From Desulfatiglandales bacterium (lineage in GTDB: Bacteria; Desulfobacterota; DSM-4660; Desulfatiglandales; Desulfatiglandaceae): a stretch of DNA of 64,000 bases. Of this stretch, positions 41,760-51,134 are shown one piece after another. The notes under the pieces are model-generated. The model saw only the letters and a program-made list of their open reading frames with translations, ran no database searches and had not been told where the DNA came from. The stretch covers positions 3,424,001 through 3,488,000 of the forward strand of contig OY762721.1 of the NCBI GenBank assembly GCA_963666345.1, read 5' to 3'. The translations under genes were made by a program, and so were the position numbers. The stretch's first letter is position 1. Each line of letters opens with the position of its first letter.

Positions 41760-42578
41760 TTACTTCACAACCGGAGAGGCGTTTTTGTCAAACGGGTTCA
41801 TGCGAACTGCAAGGGAGAAAAGGTAAGGAAAAAGCTTTTTTAAAGAGTGCATGTATTCGAGCCAATAGCGGATAAGGAGCCTGTAGGCCCTTTTGATATC
41901 TCCTGACAGATGCTGATAATCGGTCTTTGGGAGGTCATCCAGGTTTTGCCTGCTCATAAGCTCTTCTCTCAGGTGAAAGATCGCCCTCAGGAGTTCCGTG
42001 AAAGACTCGTTTTCAAGAAGATAGGGGCTTTCAAGCAGGCGGAGGAGTGTGTTCCCCCTTTCTTCCAAAAATCTACGAAGCTCGTTAAGGTCTGCCTTGC
42101 GGGCATCGATATCAAAACCATATCTGCCGAGGGACCTTGAAAGATCGGAAAAGTCTTTTGCCGTCCACTTAGAATCGATCAGAAAGTCCTGCCTCACCCG
42201 GGCAATGTCCGTATCGAACTTGATGAAGCGTGAAAGCAGTCCTGTGCCGAGTTCACTGAAGAAGATTCCGAGGAGCATATGGAGCTTCTGCATTCGAACC
42301 TGTTTGTCGTGCCTGCTCAGGAGCATGTCCGTGGCATTTGCTATCAGGCCGAGAAAGGTCCCCACGCCCGATATGATGATCATTACCGCTAGAAATTTCC
42401 CGATGGGGGTTACGGGATGAATGTCTCCGTAGCCCACCGTTGCCATGGTCACTATGCTGAAGTAAAGCGCATCTATGAAGGATACCTTTTCAGCGTAGGA
42501 AAACCCGATAGCCCCAAGGACCATAACGCTCAAGAGAACCGAAAGGTAAATGCGAGTGCGCGTTTTTACCAAATCCAT
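41760..42578 (-). CDS. Potassium channel family protein
   Basis: DALYFSIVTMATVGYGD selectivity filter. Confidence 0.9.
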   Translation of the reverse strand: MDLVKTRTRIYLSVLLSVMVLGAIGFSYAEKVSFIDALYFSIVTMATVGYGDIHPVTPIGKFLAVMIIISGVGTFLGLIANATDMLLSRHDKQVRMQKLHMLLGIFFSELGTGLLSRFIKFDTDIARVRQDFLIDSKWTAKDFSDLSRSLGRYGFDIDARKADLNELRRFLEERGNTLLRLLESPYLLENESFTELLRAIFHLREELMSRQNLDDLPKTDYQHLSGDIKRAYRLLIRYWLEYMHSLKKLFPYLFSLAVRMNPFDKNASPVVK

Positions 42579-42662
42579 GCGTTACTCCAATGAATAGAAC
42601 CTTCACTCAGATGAGAGGGCAGCCACAATATCCCGCGGACCAGATCCCATCCTGTTCGGTTT

Positions 42663-43220
42663 TTACTGCCCAGGGCCAAAGGAGCGGATGAACAGGTCAC
42701 GGAGTGCCTGTCTGCCGTCATCGGACAGATTTCGGGTTCCGGTGCCTGCAAAGGTATCCGAGGTAATCACAGGCGTGTTCTCAACCCATTTGCCGTTCTG
42801 CCAGGAAAACCATCCCTTTCGATCCTGATCATAGACGTTCAGCGGCCGGTTGAAAAGCTTTGCCAGTTCGACCCCCCAGCCGGTTCCCCCCTTGACAGTG
42901 TCGTCAGGCTGTATCCAGCCAACCGTAATGACATGGTGGCCGTTATTGACCATATGAAAGATGGACTGGATGACCTTTCGGATCTTGTCCGCCCGGGAGT
43001 ATGTGCGTTTCATCCGTTTGGACACGATTTCCATGCTGACATCGCCTTTTTGCAGCTCTTCCCGGCTCAGCATCTTGATGCCCCTGGTGCGCTCGGCAAT
43101 GTGCCCTTCAAATGATATATTAACCTCATCGATGTTCCAGGCCTCGGCTAGTCTGCCGAATTCCGCCTCGGTTCCCTTGTGGCCGCCGCTGTAAAGCGTA
43201 ATCTTTGACATGTCCGTCAT
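42663..43220 (-). CDS. Conserved hypothetical protein (possible SLOG-like nucleotide-binding fold)
   Basis: SGGHKG, GGTGWGVELAK, AGTGTR; AAGGAG RBS. Confidence 0.7.
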   Translation of the reverse strand: MTDMSKITLYSGGHKGTEAEFGRLAEAWNIDEVNISFEGHIAERTRGIKMLSREELQKGDVSMEIVSKRMKRTYSRADKIRKVIQSIFHMVNNGHHVITVGWIQPDDTVKGGTGWGVELAKLFNRPLNVYDQDRKGWFSWQNGKWVENTPVITSDTFAGTGTRNLSDDGRQALRDLFIRSFGPGQ

Positions 43221-43550
43221 CTTTTTTTGTCTCCTTAGATTTTTACGATGCTGTTGATGCCTCGCTGTGATTCTTGAGGGCGAAAGGGTAAGCTAATTCC
43301 CTTTTTCAGTATTACAAGCCCGCCTCTAAATATTTCCCAATAGACCGGCTCAAAATTTGTCAAAAGATATCTATAATGCCACGGTTAAGAATAAGAAAAG
43401 GTAAGAATACCTTATGACTTATGTTAGATAATAGGTGGTCAGGTTCGGGGCCGGGAGGTAACCGTCCTAAGTTGCGTTATTGTAAAACCTTAAAGGGCAA
43501 AAAGCAGCCTTAAAAAGGATATCTCAACATTTTCCTCTTCCCTTATAAAA

Positions 43551-44083
43551 TTGGTTCTTCTCCAACTTAGTTGTCGAAGAGGGTCCAAGGATTCGAGGGT
43601 TTTCTTTCCAGGGATTTGATCATCGCTTTGAACATTGCCCCGACATCCCTTATTTCCCTTCTTAATCTCTGAAGCTTACTTCTTTCAAATAATCCAGGTC
43701 AGCTGATGTCATGTCCCGGGTTTCCAATTCACAGTCTGAACCATATGCAATAAAGAAAAATTGCATATACTCTATAGCCGTTTTTTTCCCATACCCTCAG
43801 GCGGTATCCCTTGATATGAAAACAGCGGATCTTCTGATTCGGGGGGGTAAAACAGTATTGCTCATATTTAAAAAAACGCTTCGTTTCTTCATACATATGC
43901 AAACAAGGTGTATTCGATTTTTGTCTAACGTTTAGCTGCCTATGATCTTTAAGCTTTTCACTCGAACCCGCGGCCCCTTGACCCCTCGAAACCGGGAACC
44001 CGCTGCAAAGCAGTGGGACTGAGCTGAGCTAAGCAAGGGCAAAGAATCCTTCATTTAGACCAACTCTTTTGGAGATAATCCAA
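43551..44083. mobile_element. TIR-bounded non-autonomous element carrying a four-helix-bundle gene remnant
   Basis: Left TTGGTTCTTCTCCAACTTAGTTG vs reverse complement of right TTGGATTATCTCCAAAAGAGTTG (17/23 match). Confidence 0.6.
43598..43961 (-). pseudogene. Four-helix-bundle (23S rRNA IVP-like) protein remnant
   Basis: Translates as ..RIRRSAVFIS..A*GYGKKT..EYMQFFFIAYGSDCELET..; stops and frameshifts; ends approximate. Confidence 0.75.
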
Positions 44084-44088
44084 AAAAT

Positions 44089-44694
44089 TTAACTCATGGG
44101 TTTTGCAAGTCTTTCACAAATCCCGACTGCAAGGGCATAAATGATATCTGATGCAAAATGCCGAACAATGGTTTTATCATAAAGAATCTTAGATTCGGTC
44201 GGGAATTCATCATCACCTCTCCAATACAAGACAGCTACCGGAATTCTGGGCGTTATTTCAAAAATATAGGCAGCATCGGCCAGGCTGACGGGGATACCCT
44301 TTAGTTCTTCACATCTGTTATTGAAACCTTCCATGTCGCTGTCAAATCGAGTTGAAATTAAATTCGTCGGAATCGCATGTGGGCCTCGGAAAAACGTCAT
44401 GCCCTCGGTGATGTCTTTTTCGGAAATCCATTGGCTTGAGGCTTCAATTTCCTTTACCTTAAGAAGATAATGAACAATAAAAAGCTCAAAATAGGAATGA
44501 AATCTTTGAGGGTTTTTGCCGATACATTCAATTCTAAACTGATGTGGATATATCCTGTATCCTTCACCCCATAAGGACACTGTGTAAAACTTGTTCGCAT
44601 TATCATACGAGCATAATGCCCTTGTGCATACTTCCATGGGATTTTGTTCTGATAGTTCCTGAAAATAAACCCTGTCTATCAAACGTTTCATCAT
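44089..44694 (-). CDS. DUF3786 domain protein
   Basis: WISEKDI, FFRGPH, PRIPV..LYWRGDDEFP. Confidence 0.8.
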   Translation of the reverse strand: MMKRLIDRVYFQELSEQNPMEVCTRALCSYDNANKFYTVSLWGEGYRIYPHQFRIECIGKNPQRFHSYFELFIVHYLLKVKEIEASSQWISEKDITEGMTFFRGPHAIPTNLISTRFDSDMEGFNNRCEELKGIPVSLADAAYIFEITPRIPVAVLYWRGDDEFPTESKILYDKTIVRHFASDIIYALAVGICERLAKPMS

Positions 44695-44821
44695 AATTTC
44701 CCGTTTGGTTTGTAACAGCCAAACCCCGGTCTCCACTTACGGTCGGCATCAAGAATGGGGGAGTTCTACTCTTTTCATCTGTTCAAAAGTTAAAGGCGAA
44801 TTTGACCTATTCTCATAAATA

Positions 44822-45574
44822 TCATTGTCTTTGATGCTTTAACAGGTTCTCTATGTAGATTTTCATTTCCCGGTAATGAGATCCCTTCCAGTAAAACCTG
44901 CCGCATTCGCAACACACATGAAATTCATCGTAATATAAGTCTGTCTTAGGCAGTAAGCGGGCCTTGATCGCTTCTTTGTCAACTTGAGTGAGAACTCCGT
45001 TACATACCAGGCAGCGGCGAAAGGCCGTGACTTGAGCAAAGAGGTCAAAACGATTCAAGACCTCCGTGAGTTGATCGTAGACATGGTCAGCCCTTATCCA
45101 GTAGCCATGTGTAACCGATTTATTCATCAGGATCCCGCGGTCGCGAGTCAGGATGATCCGCCTGTCAGTCAATGAGAGATCTATAATTTCAATATCATCA
45201 TAATCATTTCTGTAAAGGATATCAAATCCGAGCATGCGTAATTTCCTTGCAAGTTTTCCCAGATGAACGTCCGCTATGAACCTGGGATCTCGAAGGGGCT
45301 TCGCCCTGAGTCTTGTTACCTGTGAGACATCTACGCTTTCAAAGACCGGATATACCGATACATAATCTCCATTCTGCAGTTTGCAGTCAAACCGGACCGA
45401 GGCTCCGTTAACTAGTATAAGATCCACTTCCGTATGAGGTACGCCCAAGGCCTCGATACAGTCCTTGATGGCAGGGGTACCCTTAAACGAATAACCGAAT
45501 AAATGATATCTATGACCAGCTGATAAGAAATCATTAAGCTCGGCATAAAACCGAAAATAGGCCTGTTTTTGCAC
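44822..45574 (-). CDS. Ubiquitin-like plus Mut7-C RNase domain protein
   Basis: FRFYAELNDFL, GVPHTEVDLI, DVHLGKLARKLRMLGFD, LTRD, RCLVCNG, CCECGRFYWKGSH. Confidence 0.9.
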   Translation of the reverse strand: MQKQAYFRFYAELNDFLSAGHRYHLFGYSFKGTPAIKDCIEALGVPHTEVDLILVNGASVRFDCKLQNGDYVSVYPVFESVDVSQVTRLRAKPLRDPRFIADVHLGKLARKLRMLGFDILYRNDYDDIEIIDLSLTDRRIILTRDRGILMNKSVTHGYWIRADHVYDQLTEVLNRFDLFAQVTAFRRCLVCNGVLTQVDKEAIKARLLPKTDLYYDEFHVCCECGRFYWKGSHYREMKIYIENLLKHQRQ

Positions 45575-45616
45575 GAATCATATCTCTTTGAAATCTTTAT
45601 TTGAATTAATTTAAGT

Positions 45617-45688
45617 GCATAACGCTTAGGTCAACTGCCGATAAGGAGCCGCAGCGGATTCCCGGTCAGGTGAACCCGGGTGTTTGGG
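45617..45688 (-). other. attC-like integron cassette recombination site
   Basis: Minus strand CCCAAAC..GGTTCACCTG..CAGTTGACC..GTTATGC, directly after the toxin stop codon. Confidence 0.6.
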
Positions 45689-45692
45689 GTTC

Positions 45693-46036
45693 TTATTCTC
45701 TATAAATCATTCTATTCAAAAGAATATCTTCAACAGTCCGTCGTGTATCAATCACGGATAAAACAAAGACTATTTTTCCAGCGATCCTGCAAATTAATCG
45801 ATATGGCAGGATAACCAATTCCCTGTATTGGAATATGCCTTGGCCCTGAAGTTCCGGTGCAATGCGGCCTCTTTCTGAAAGGGTAAAGAGAGTTGAAGCC
45901 TTTTTCTTTATTTTTTTAGCATAGTTAGCGCATTCTGAGTGTTTTCTGCTGAAATGTACTCATTGATTTGATCTAATAAAAGAGCTGCCTTTGATTTAAG
46001 GTAGGTAAGAGGCTTTATATCATTTGTAATCTTCAT
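45693..46036 (-). pseudogene. Collapsed Phd/YefM antitoxin - RelE/ParE toxin pair
   Basis: MKITNDIKPLTYLKSKAALLLDQINE fused to YISAENTQNALTMLKK; frameshift in an A7 run, then IKKKASTL..ERGRIAPEL..YRELVILPYRLICRI..VIDTRR. Confidence 0.75.
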
Positions 46037-46058
46037 CTTTAACACGTTCGATTTGTAT

Positions 46059-46086
46059 ATAGTACCAAATACGGTCCTATGGTCAA
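46059..46086 (-). promoter_or_regulatory. TA promoter with overlapping operator
   Basis: TTGACC-N16-TACTAT with the inverted repeat ATAGGACC..GGTACTAT. Confidence 0.55.
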
Positions 46087-46547
46087 GGCTGAATTTTGAC
46101 TGCGAGCGCTGCTAATCACCCGCGCGGTTTTTTGTGTCGGCTGATTGAATCTCATTTAATTTGGAAAAGATATTCCCTTCACAGTCTTCTTGCCCGGAGG
46201 TAGGGATATTAGGGTATTATTGAATGCAGTGATACAACTAATCCCTATTGTTGTCTGATATGAACTGAAGAGTTATGGCTAAAGTTTATGCCATTTTCTG
46301 ATGGGTTTATCTATATAGCCATTTTTATTCTTAAGGTAATTTTCATAAGGGCCATGCCTTACACCCTTGCGAAACGTTGTCTTACATCCCCATGAATAGG
46401 GTTCCCCTTGAAAAATTCAACAGGGGACCAGGGGAACGTTCTTAAATAATTCAATAATGTTAAGTTGTTAGAAGTTATTTTGATTATTTAAGGATTGTCC
46501 GTCTATCTATTGCACTTTTCAAGGGCCATTTCCGGGTGCTCACCGGG

Positions 46548-48170
46548 CTAGGCCATCCAGGCGGACTCGAGGTAGGTGGTCGAAAAATCGATCATCATCT
46601 TGGGCTGGTTGTTTTTCAGGTCCCAGGAAATGAACGGGCTCAACTGATCGAGGACCATCCCATTTTCCAGGCCCAGTTTATGGGTGATGGCCTCGACAGC
46701 TTCTTTCACGGTGCTGAGGATAATGCTATCCATCTTCACTGTACGGTTGAGTTCTTTCAGGTGCGGATGGCTTTGCACCTGTTCCAGCGCTTCCTCCCAG
46801 TGAATGGCGTCGATCTTACTGCGCAATACATAGGCATTACCTCTGTCCTGAAAGATCAACAGGGCAGGGTTGGTTCGTACCGGTGTATTCCTGACCTTTT
46901 CCTGGGCCATTTTGATGGAAATATGCTCGAGGAGTTCGTTCTTTTTCATAATTTCAGGGATCTGTCTGGCCTGTACACGCTCAAATATGAATTCCTGACC
47001 GTCGATGGTGATCTCCTTCAGACGGGTCGGATCAAAGCCCAGGTCCATAATGTCGCCGATGGTGAGGGGATTTTCAAAGGACTTTTCCCTCTCCTCCAGC
47101 CAGGTCTTGAGGTTGGGTCTTCGGTAATTGGGAAGGGATTCAACTGTCCTGGCCGGCCTGATCTTAAAATCGTCCCGGATCCTGGAGAGCAGTTCGAGGT
47201 CCCCGACGACCATGGGATTTTTTGTCTCCAGTTCACTTGGGGCGTAGGACTTCAACTTCAGCCTCGAGACCTCGGGGGAGACGGTAATCTGCATCATGGA
47301 TTCCCCGCCCGTATACCCCAAAAGATTTCCGATTCGTCTCCTGAAGGCTATGAGTTTTGTCACAAAGCGGGTGAACATAAATCTCATGAACGGGGATGAC
47401 TCCCGGTTTTTCAACTCCGTCTCAAAATAGGTCGTCAGGGTCTGATACAACTCCTTGAATTCAGCGATGGTTCTCTTCACCATCATCTGGTTGTCTCTCA
47501 TATCGATGATGGTTCGTTTTCTTCCGAGGTGGTAGAGCAGTTTCAGTATGGGTTCTTTCAGGTCCTTGTTTTCGAATCCCCTGGGCAGATAAATCATGTA
47601 GTTATGGTCCTTGCCGGAGGGTGACTCCCCGATGATGTCTTCGACAGGATTCCATGCGTGTTTGAGATAGATATCATATGTCGGGTCGTCGTTGGGGATG
47701 ATATTATCCAGGATACCAATCGCCGATTTGCTCGACAAGAAATCGGCAAAGTGGGTGAGGATCTGATTGCCCAGCCCCCTTTTTCTATAGGGCACGGCCA
47801 CTTCAACGTATACCAGGTAGTAGCAGGGGAGGGGTTTTTTGAGGTACAGCATATTGAGTCGCCCCAGCTTTTCTCCCGACTCTGCACTGATCTCAAGGAC
47901 CCGGAAACCGTTTTGGGCGTTGCCCGGTGTGTTGCGGTTGATCTTCGCCCCTGAGGCGGTAGCGGCGACAAGCTCCCACAGGTTGTTGAAAAGATCCGAG
48001 ACAACAGGCGCGTCGGCCAGGCCGAGTCGCATCCCTTCATCAATCAGGGAGACTAATCCGAGCCTCTCGTTCAGGCTCAAATTCTTTCGTTCAACAGGAC
48101 GATGTGAGGAGACAATCCTTCGGGCCGTTCCCGCTTGAATAGCTATCGGCTTGAAGTTTTTTTGGTCCAT
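46548..48170 (-). CDS. Uncharacterised 540-aa protein with N-terminal GNAT domain
   Basis: LVYVEVAVPYRKRGLGNQIL acetyl-CoA motif A; C-terminal part not recognised. Confidence 0.75.
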   Translation of the reverse strand: MDQKNFKPIAIQAGTARRIVSSHRPVERKNLSLNERLGLVSLIDEGMRLGLADAPVVSDLFNNLWELVAATASGAKINRNTPGNAQNGFRVLEISAESGEKLGRLNMLYLKKPLPCYYLVYVEVAVPYRKRGLGNQILTHFADFLSSKSAIGILDNIIPNDDPTYDIYLKHAWNPVEDIIGESPSGKDHNYMIYLPRGFENKDLKEPILKLLYHLGRKRTIIDMRDNQMMVKRTIAEFKELYQTLTTYFETELKNRESSPFMRFMFTRFVTKLIAFRRRIGNLLGYTGGESMMQITVSPEVSRLKLKSYAPSELETKNPMVVGDLELLSRIRDDFKIRPARTVESLPNYRRPNLKTWLEEREKSFENPLTIGDIMDLGFDPTRLKEITIDGQEFIFERVQARQIPEIMKKNELLEHISIKMAQEKVRNTPVRTNPALLIFQDRGNAYVLRSKIDAIHWEEALEQVQSHPHLKELNRTVKMDSIILSTVKEAVEAITHKLGLENGMVLDQLSPFISWDLKNNQPKMMIDFSTTYLESAWMA

Positions 48171-48211
48171 GGAATTAGGATTCCTTTTTCAAGAACTGCT
48201 GATTTTCAACC

Positions 48212-48245
48212 AAAAAAAAACCGTGGGCTTGCTTGCCCACGGTTT
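48212..48245 (-). terminator. Attenuator terminator
   Basis: Minus strand AAACCGTGGGC-AAGCAA-GCCCACGG followed by T9, 40 bp upstream of the GNAT start. Confidence 0.85.
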
Positions 48246-48263
48246 AAGAAAGTAACTCGACAC

Positions 48264-48335
48264 TCAGGCCATGGGCAGATATCTCCCCCTAAAACCGAAG
48301 ATAAAATAGAATCTGGCCAGCGTGTTTTTCGTCAT
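48264..48335 (-). CDS. Leader peptide MTKNTLARFYFIFGFRGRYLPMA
   Basis: GAGG RBS, 4 Phe and 1 Tyr within 7 codons, stop about 19 nt before the terminator. Confidence 0.75.
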   Translation of the reverse strand: MTKNTLARFYFIFGFRGRYLPMA

Positions 48336-48374
48336 CTCGATAGACCTCAACAAAAATTGTATATTTGATGTCTG

Positions 48375-48404
48375 AACTTAACCGTATTAGGAAATATTTG
48401 TCAA
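48375..48404 (-). promoter_or_regulatory. Sigma70-type promoter of the leader
   Basis: TTGACA-N18-TAAGTT. Confidence 0.55.
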
Positions 48405-48433
48405 ACTTATTTTTTTACGTCCCAAACGGTTAT

Positions 48434-48616
48434 CTAGGGAAACATGGCTTGAGAGGTATATGACTGATTATACGGTTCCAATGCTTGATCAACGATCCAC
48501 TCGATAATCTCCCGCAGCTGATGCTCCTCCCCAACTTCGACCACCTTCCGTCCTTTAACTCGAAAGCCCAGACGGGCTTTAACATTTTCAATAAAAAGTC
48601 GCTTTGCCCCTGCCAT
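48434..48616 (-). pseudogene. Probable C-terminal fragment of a REP-associated/IS200-like transposase
   Basis: FIENVKARLGFRVKGRKVVEVGEEHQLRE resembles C-termini of these transposases (recalled, not searched). Confidence 0.4.
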
Positions 48617-48988
48617 AACATCCTTTGAGAAAAACGCCCTTTTTTCTCCGAAAAAGCTTGATATAGACCCTAAATACAGGTTTTTTATAATTTTTCTTTA
48701 ACGCTTTTTAGTAGTTAACCGATCCTCATCCTCAGCATCCTCCAAAAATCGGTGCGACGATTTTTGAAAAGTGCATTCATTTTTTGCTCCCTAAACCATC
48801 GGTCCTTTTTTCATCTCAAATGGCTTTTTGCTTTTGCCATCACCAAAAACCTATAATGCCCTTTTCGGTACCAAAAATAACGATATAGGGTCTTACAACC
48901 TTTTTTTATGCCTTTCCTATGTTATTCTATTAAATTATCGTGGCCTGACCCCTTTTTTGTCTTTTGCTCGGCACTCATCCACGAGTAT

Positions 48989-50041
48989 CTATTGAAAGTC
49001 CTTCCAAGCCTTTAGATATGATTCAGTCGACCACCGACGGCCATTGTAATTGTAGTCCTCAAATCGCACTATACCAAGCTGATGATTACGACCATTATCC
49101 ATAATGTATTTTCTTCCATTTACCTCAAAGAGGCACGCCCTGTGGTTATATCCCCCAGCTGAAATTTCCGAATCAGTGACGATGTAGCTAACCGCTTTGT
49201 ACCCTGCTTTTTGAAGACAGTAGCGCGTGAACGCCGTGATCATCATACAGTGCCCCACATTATAGCGAAACACATACCCGTAATTTTCAAGCATGCCCGT
49301 TTCATAATGATAGCGAATCCTCGCCCTCTCATAATAGTCCACCAACTCAGGTGAATTCAAACGAGCGGTAACGACATCGAAATCCTCCCAGCGCGTGTCA
49401 ATGACCAGCGCTTTGTCTATGATTTGACGGGCCTCTCTTGAAAAGAATTCAGGGACGCTCTTGTACATGTAAACAATGAATTCGTTTCGCTGCTCCGGTT
49501 GAACCCTCCTCAATGTGTTTCTGTCTTCTTTTTTCGTAGCTTCTATGATTTGCTGGTAATCCTTTTCCGATAGCCTGAGCACTTTGCGTCTAAGGCGATC
49601 CTTGAAGTACCATGCGCGGGTAAGCAAACGAGATAGAGTGTACGTTTGAAGTATTGAGTCCAGTTCTTCCACATTGCCATCCTGTGCCATCCAGAAAAGC
49701 GTTTGCAAAGGTGTACAATACTTTCTCACCTCGGGCAGGCCGACTTTATACATCTTTTCAAAAACCTTATCAAACCGTTCCGGGTCCTTTCTATAGACTT
49801 CTGCGAGCCTTTCCAGTGCTGCGGCCTCGGAATGGGAGATGCCATCCTGGATTTCAGGCAACTTACCAAGTTCGTTGGCCATAAGTCTGTTGCTTTGCGC
49901 GAACTTTTCATGTCCAAGATAATGCCTGACCACCGGGTTTGGTTTCGTGGATACAAGAAGTGCGCAACCTGTCACGAATGGCGTTAGAGCGAGAGCAGTG
50001 GCTGCAAACAAGAAAAGAGGTCTACCGAATTTGTCCCTCAT
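48989..50041 (-). CDS. Putative lipoprotein with C-terminal transglutaminase-like Cys-His-Asp region
   Basis: Lipobox FVTGC; GHC..NHRAC..MDNG. Confidence 0.6.
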   Translation of the reverse strand: MRDKFGRPLFLFAATALALTPFVTGCALLVSTKPNPVVRHYLGHEKFAQSNRLMANELGKLPEIQDGISHSEAAALERLAEVYRKDPERFDKVFEKMYKVGLPEVRKYCTPLQTLFWMAQDGNVEELDSILQTYTLSRLLTRAWYFKDRLRRKVLRLSEKDYQQIIEATKKEDRNTLRRVQPEQRNEFIVYMYKSVPEFFSREARQIIDKALVIDTRWEDFDVVTARLNSPELVDYYERARIRYHYETGMLENYGYVFRYNVGHCMMITAFTRYCLQKAGYKAVSYIVTDSEISAGGYNHRACLFEVNGRKYIMDNGRNHQLGIVRFEDYNYNGRRWSTESYLKAWKDFQ

Positions 50042-50179
50042 AAACTGAATCCTTTCTTAATGTAATGAAAGTGAACGCCCTTCAGTAAACAATCATCAAC
50101 CTTAAATCCACCCAAGCTATAGAGAACCTATTTCCGGTTCATGATTTCTAATAGGCGACCCCGAATGCACAAGCCCGCC

Positions 50180-50761
50180 TTATTTCCTCAGAATATTACC
50201 GGCCTCGCTACCAATAATCCCAAGAGGTCTCACAACCGCGTTATACATCTGGGACTCGTAAGCCGGAAGATTTCCTCCCTCACCTTTTCCGTCTTTGTCG
50301 CAGTCAAGGAAAATGCCGTCTCTGCTTTTTATCGTGCCTCTTAAATGCATGATATAAACGCCTGTCACAAGAGGCGCTCCGCTGACCCATGTAATAAAAT
50401 TCGGCCTTATCCGGACAATGTTCCCCCGGGTTGAGGCATCCACCCAGAAATGATTTTCATTCTTTTTTAAGAGTCTGATATTATTGTTCTGCCGGACGGT
50501 CGATGCGTCTATTTCCTTATTAAAAATAACAGCCGCAGAAAGATGTGGGACTCCGTTAAGAGATATCTCCTCAAATTTTACCTGCTGTACCTGAAAGGCC
50601 CCCGGCACAACAGTTGCGCCTTTTGGGTTTTTTATGGAGGGCGGATAAAATTTATTGAACTGGTTACGCTTTGTCCCGGGAAACTGATTTTCGGCAAGGG
50701 CTTGCGGGCTTGTGAAAATTACAGAACAGAGCATTAGCACTAAAATTTTAAGACCTTTCAC
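50180..50761 (-). CDS. Secreted hypothetical protein
   Basis: Signal peptide ending ALA, AGGAGG RBS, DCDKDGKG Ca-binding-like motif. Confidence 0.7.
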   Translation of the reverse strand: MKGLKILVLMLCSVIFTSPQALAENQFPGTKRNQFNKFYPPSIKNPKGATVVPGAFQVQQVKFEEISLNGVPHLSAAVIFNKEIDASTVRQNNNIRLLKKNENHFWVDASTRGNIVRIRPNFITWVSGAPLVTGVYIMHLRGTIKSRDGIFLDCDKDGKGEGGNLPAYESQMYNAVVRPLGIIGSEAGNILRK

Positions 50762-51134
50762 TGTACGCCTCCTTTTTCTTCTGTTTGCCTTTTTTTGAAC
50801 CTAAGGCTTTACTTAAGCGGTAGCGGTAAATCGTGCGCTCAAAGCCTGCCATGGACGTAAATTAGTGGGGTGAAGGTCCTCTCTGTGCCTGACGTGCAGC
50901 TATGAGAGGGTTTTTCTTGAAATATCGCCCAATCTCAACACAGACAAAATATGGTTCAGAAGAAATATGAAAAACCGTATCAGGATGAATCCGATTAATA
51001 TACTGTATATATTAACCAAAATACCAGCCTAAGACAACCCCCTTGGCCAAAGGTTACGGCGCGTCAGTAGGGCGGAAGCGATGCTACGGTGGCTGATGAA
51101 AGGGGACAAATATCAAAGGTAGATCCGGTCCATT

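Noticed and set aside
43785..43805. In-frame TGA in the four-helix-bundle remnant as selenocysteine
   Set aside because: It replaces a conserved Glu in a gene with many other lesions; no SECIS-like hairpin seen
46276..46294. Possible sigma54 promoter TGGCATAAACTTTAGC
   Set aside because: GG to GC spacing is 11, not 10
46536..47399. 287-aa plus-strand ORF
   Set aside because: Antisense to the GNAT-domain gene
50989..51020. Possible LexA box (CTGTATATATTAAC)
   Set aside because: Right half-site ACAG is absent
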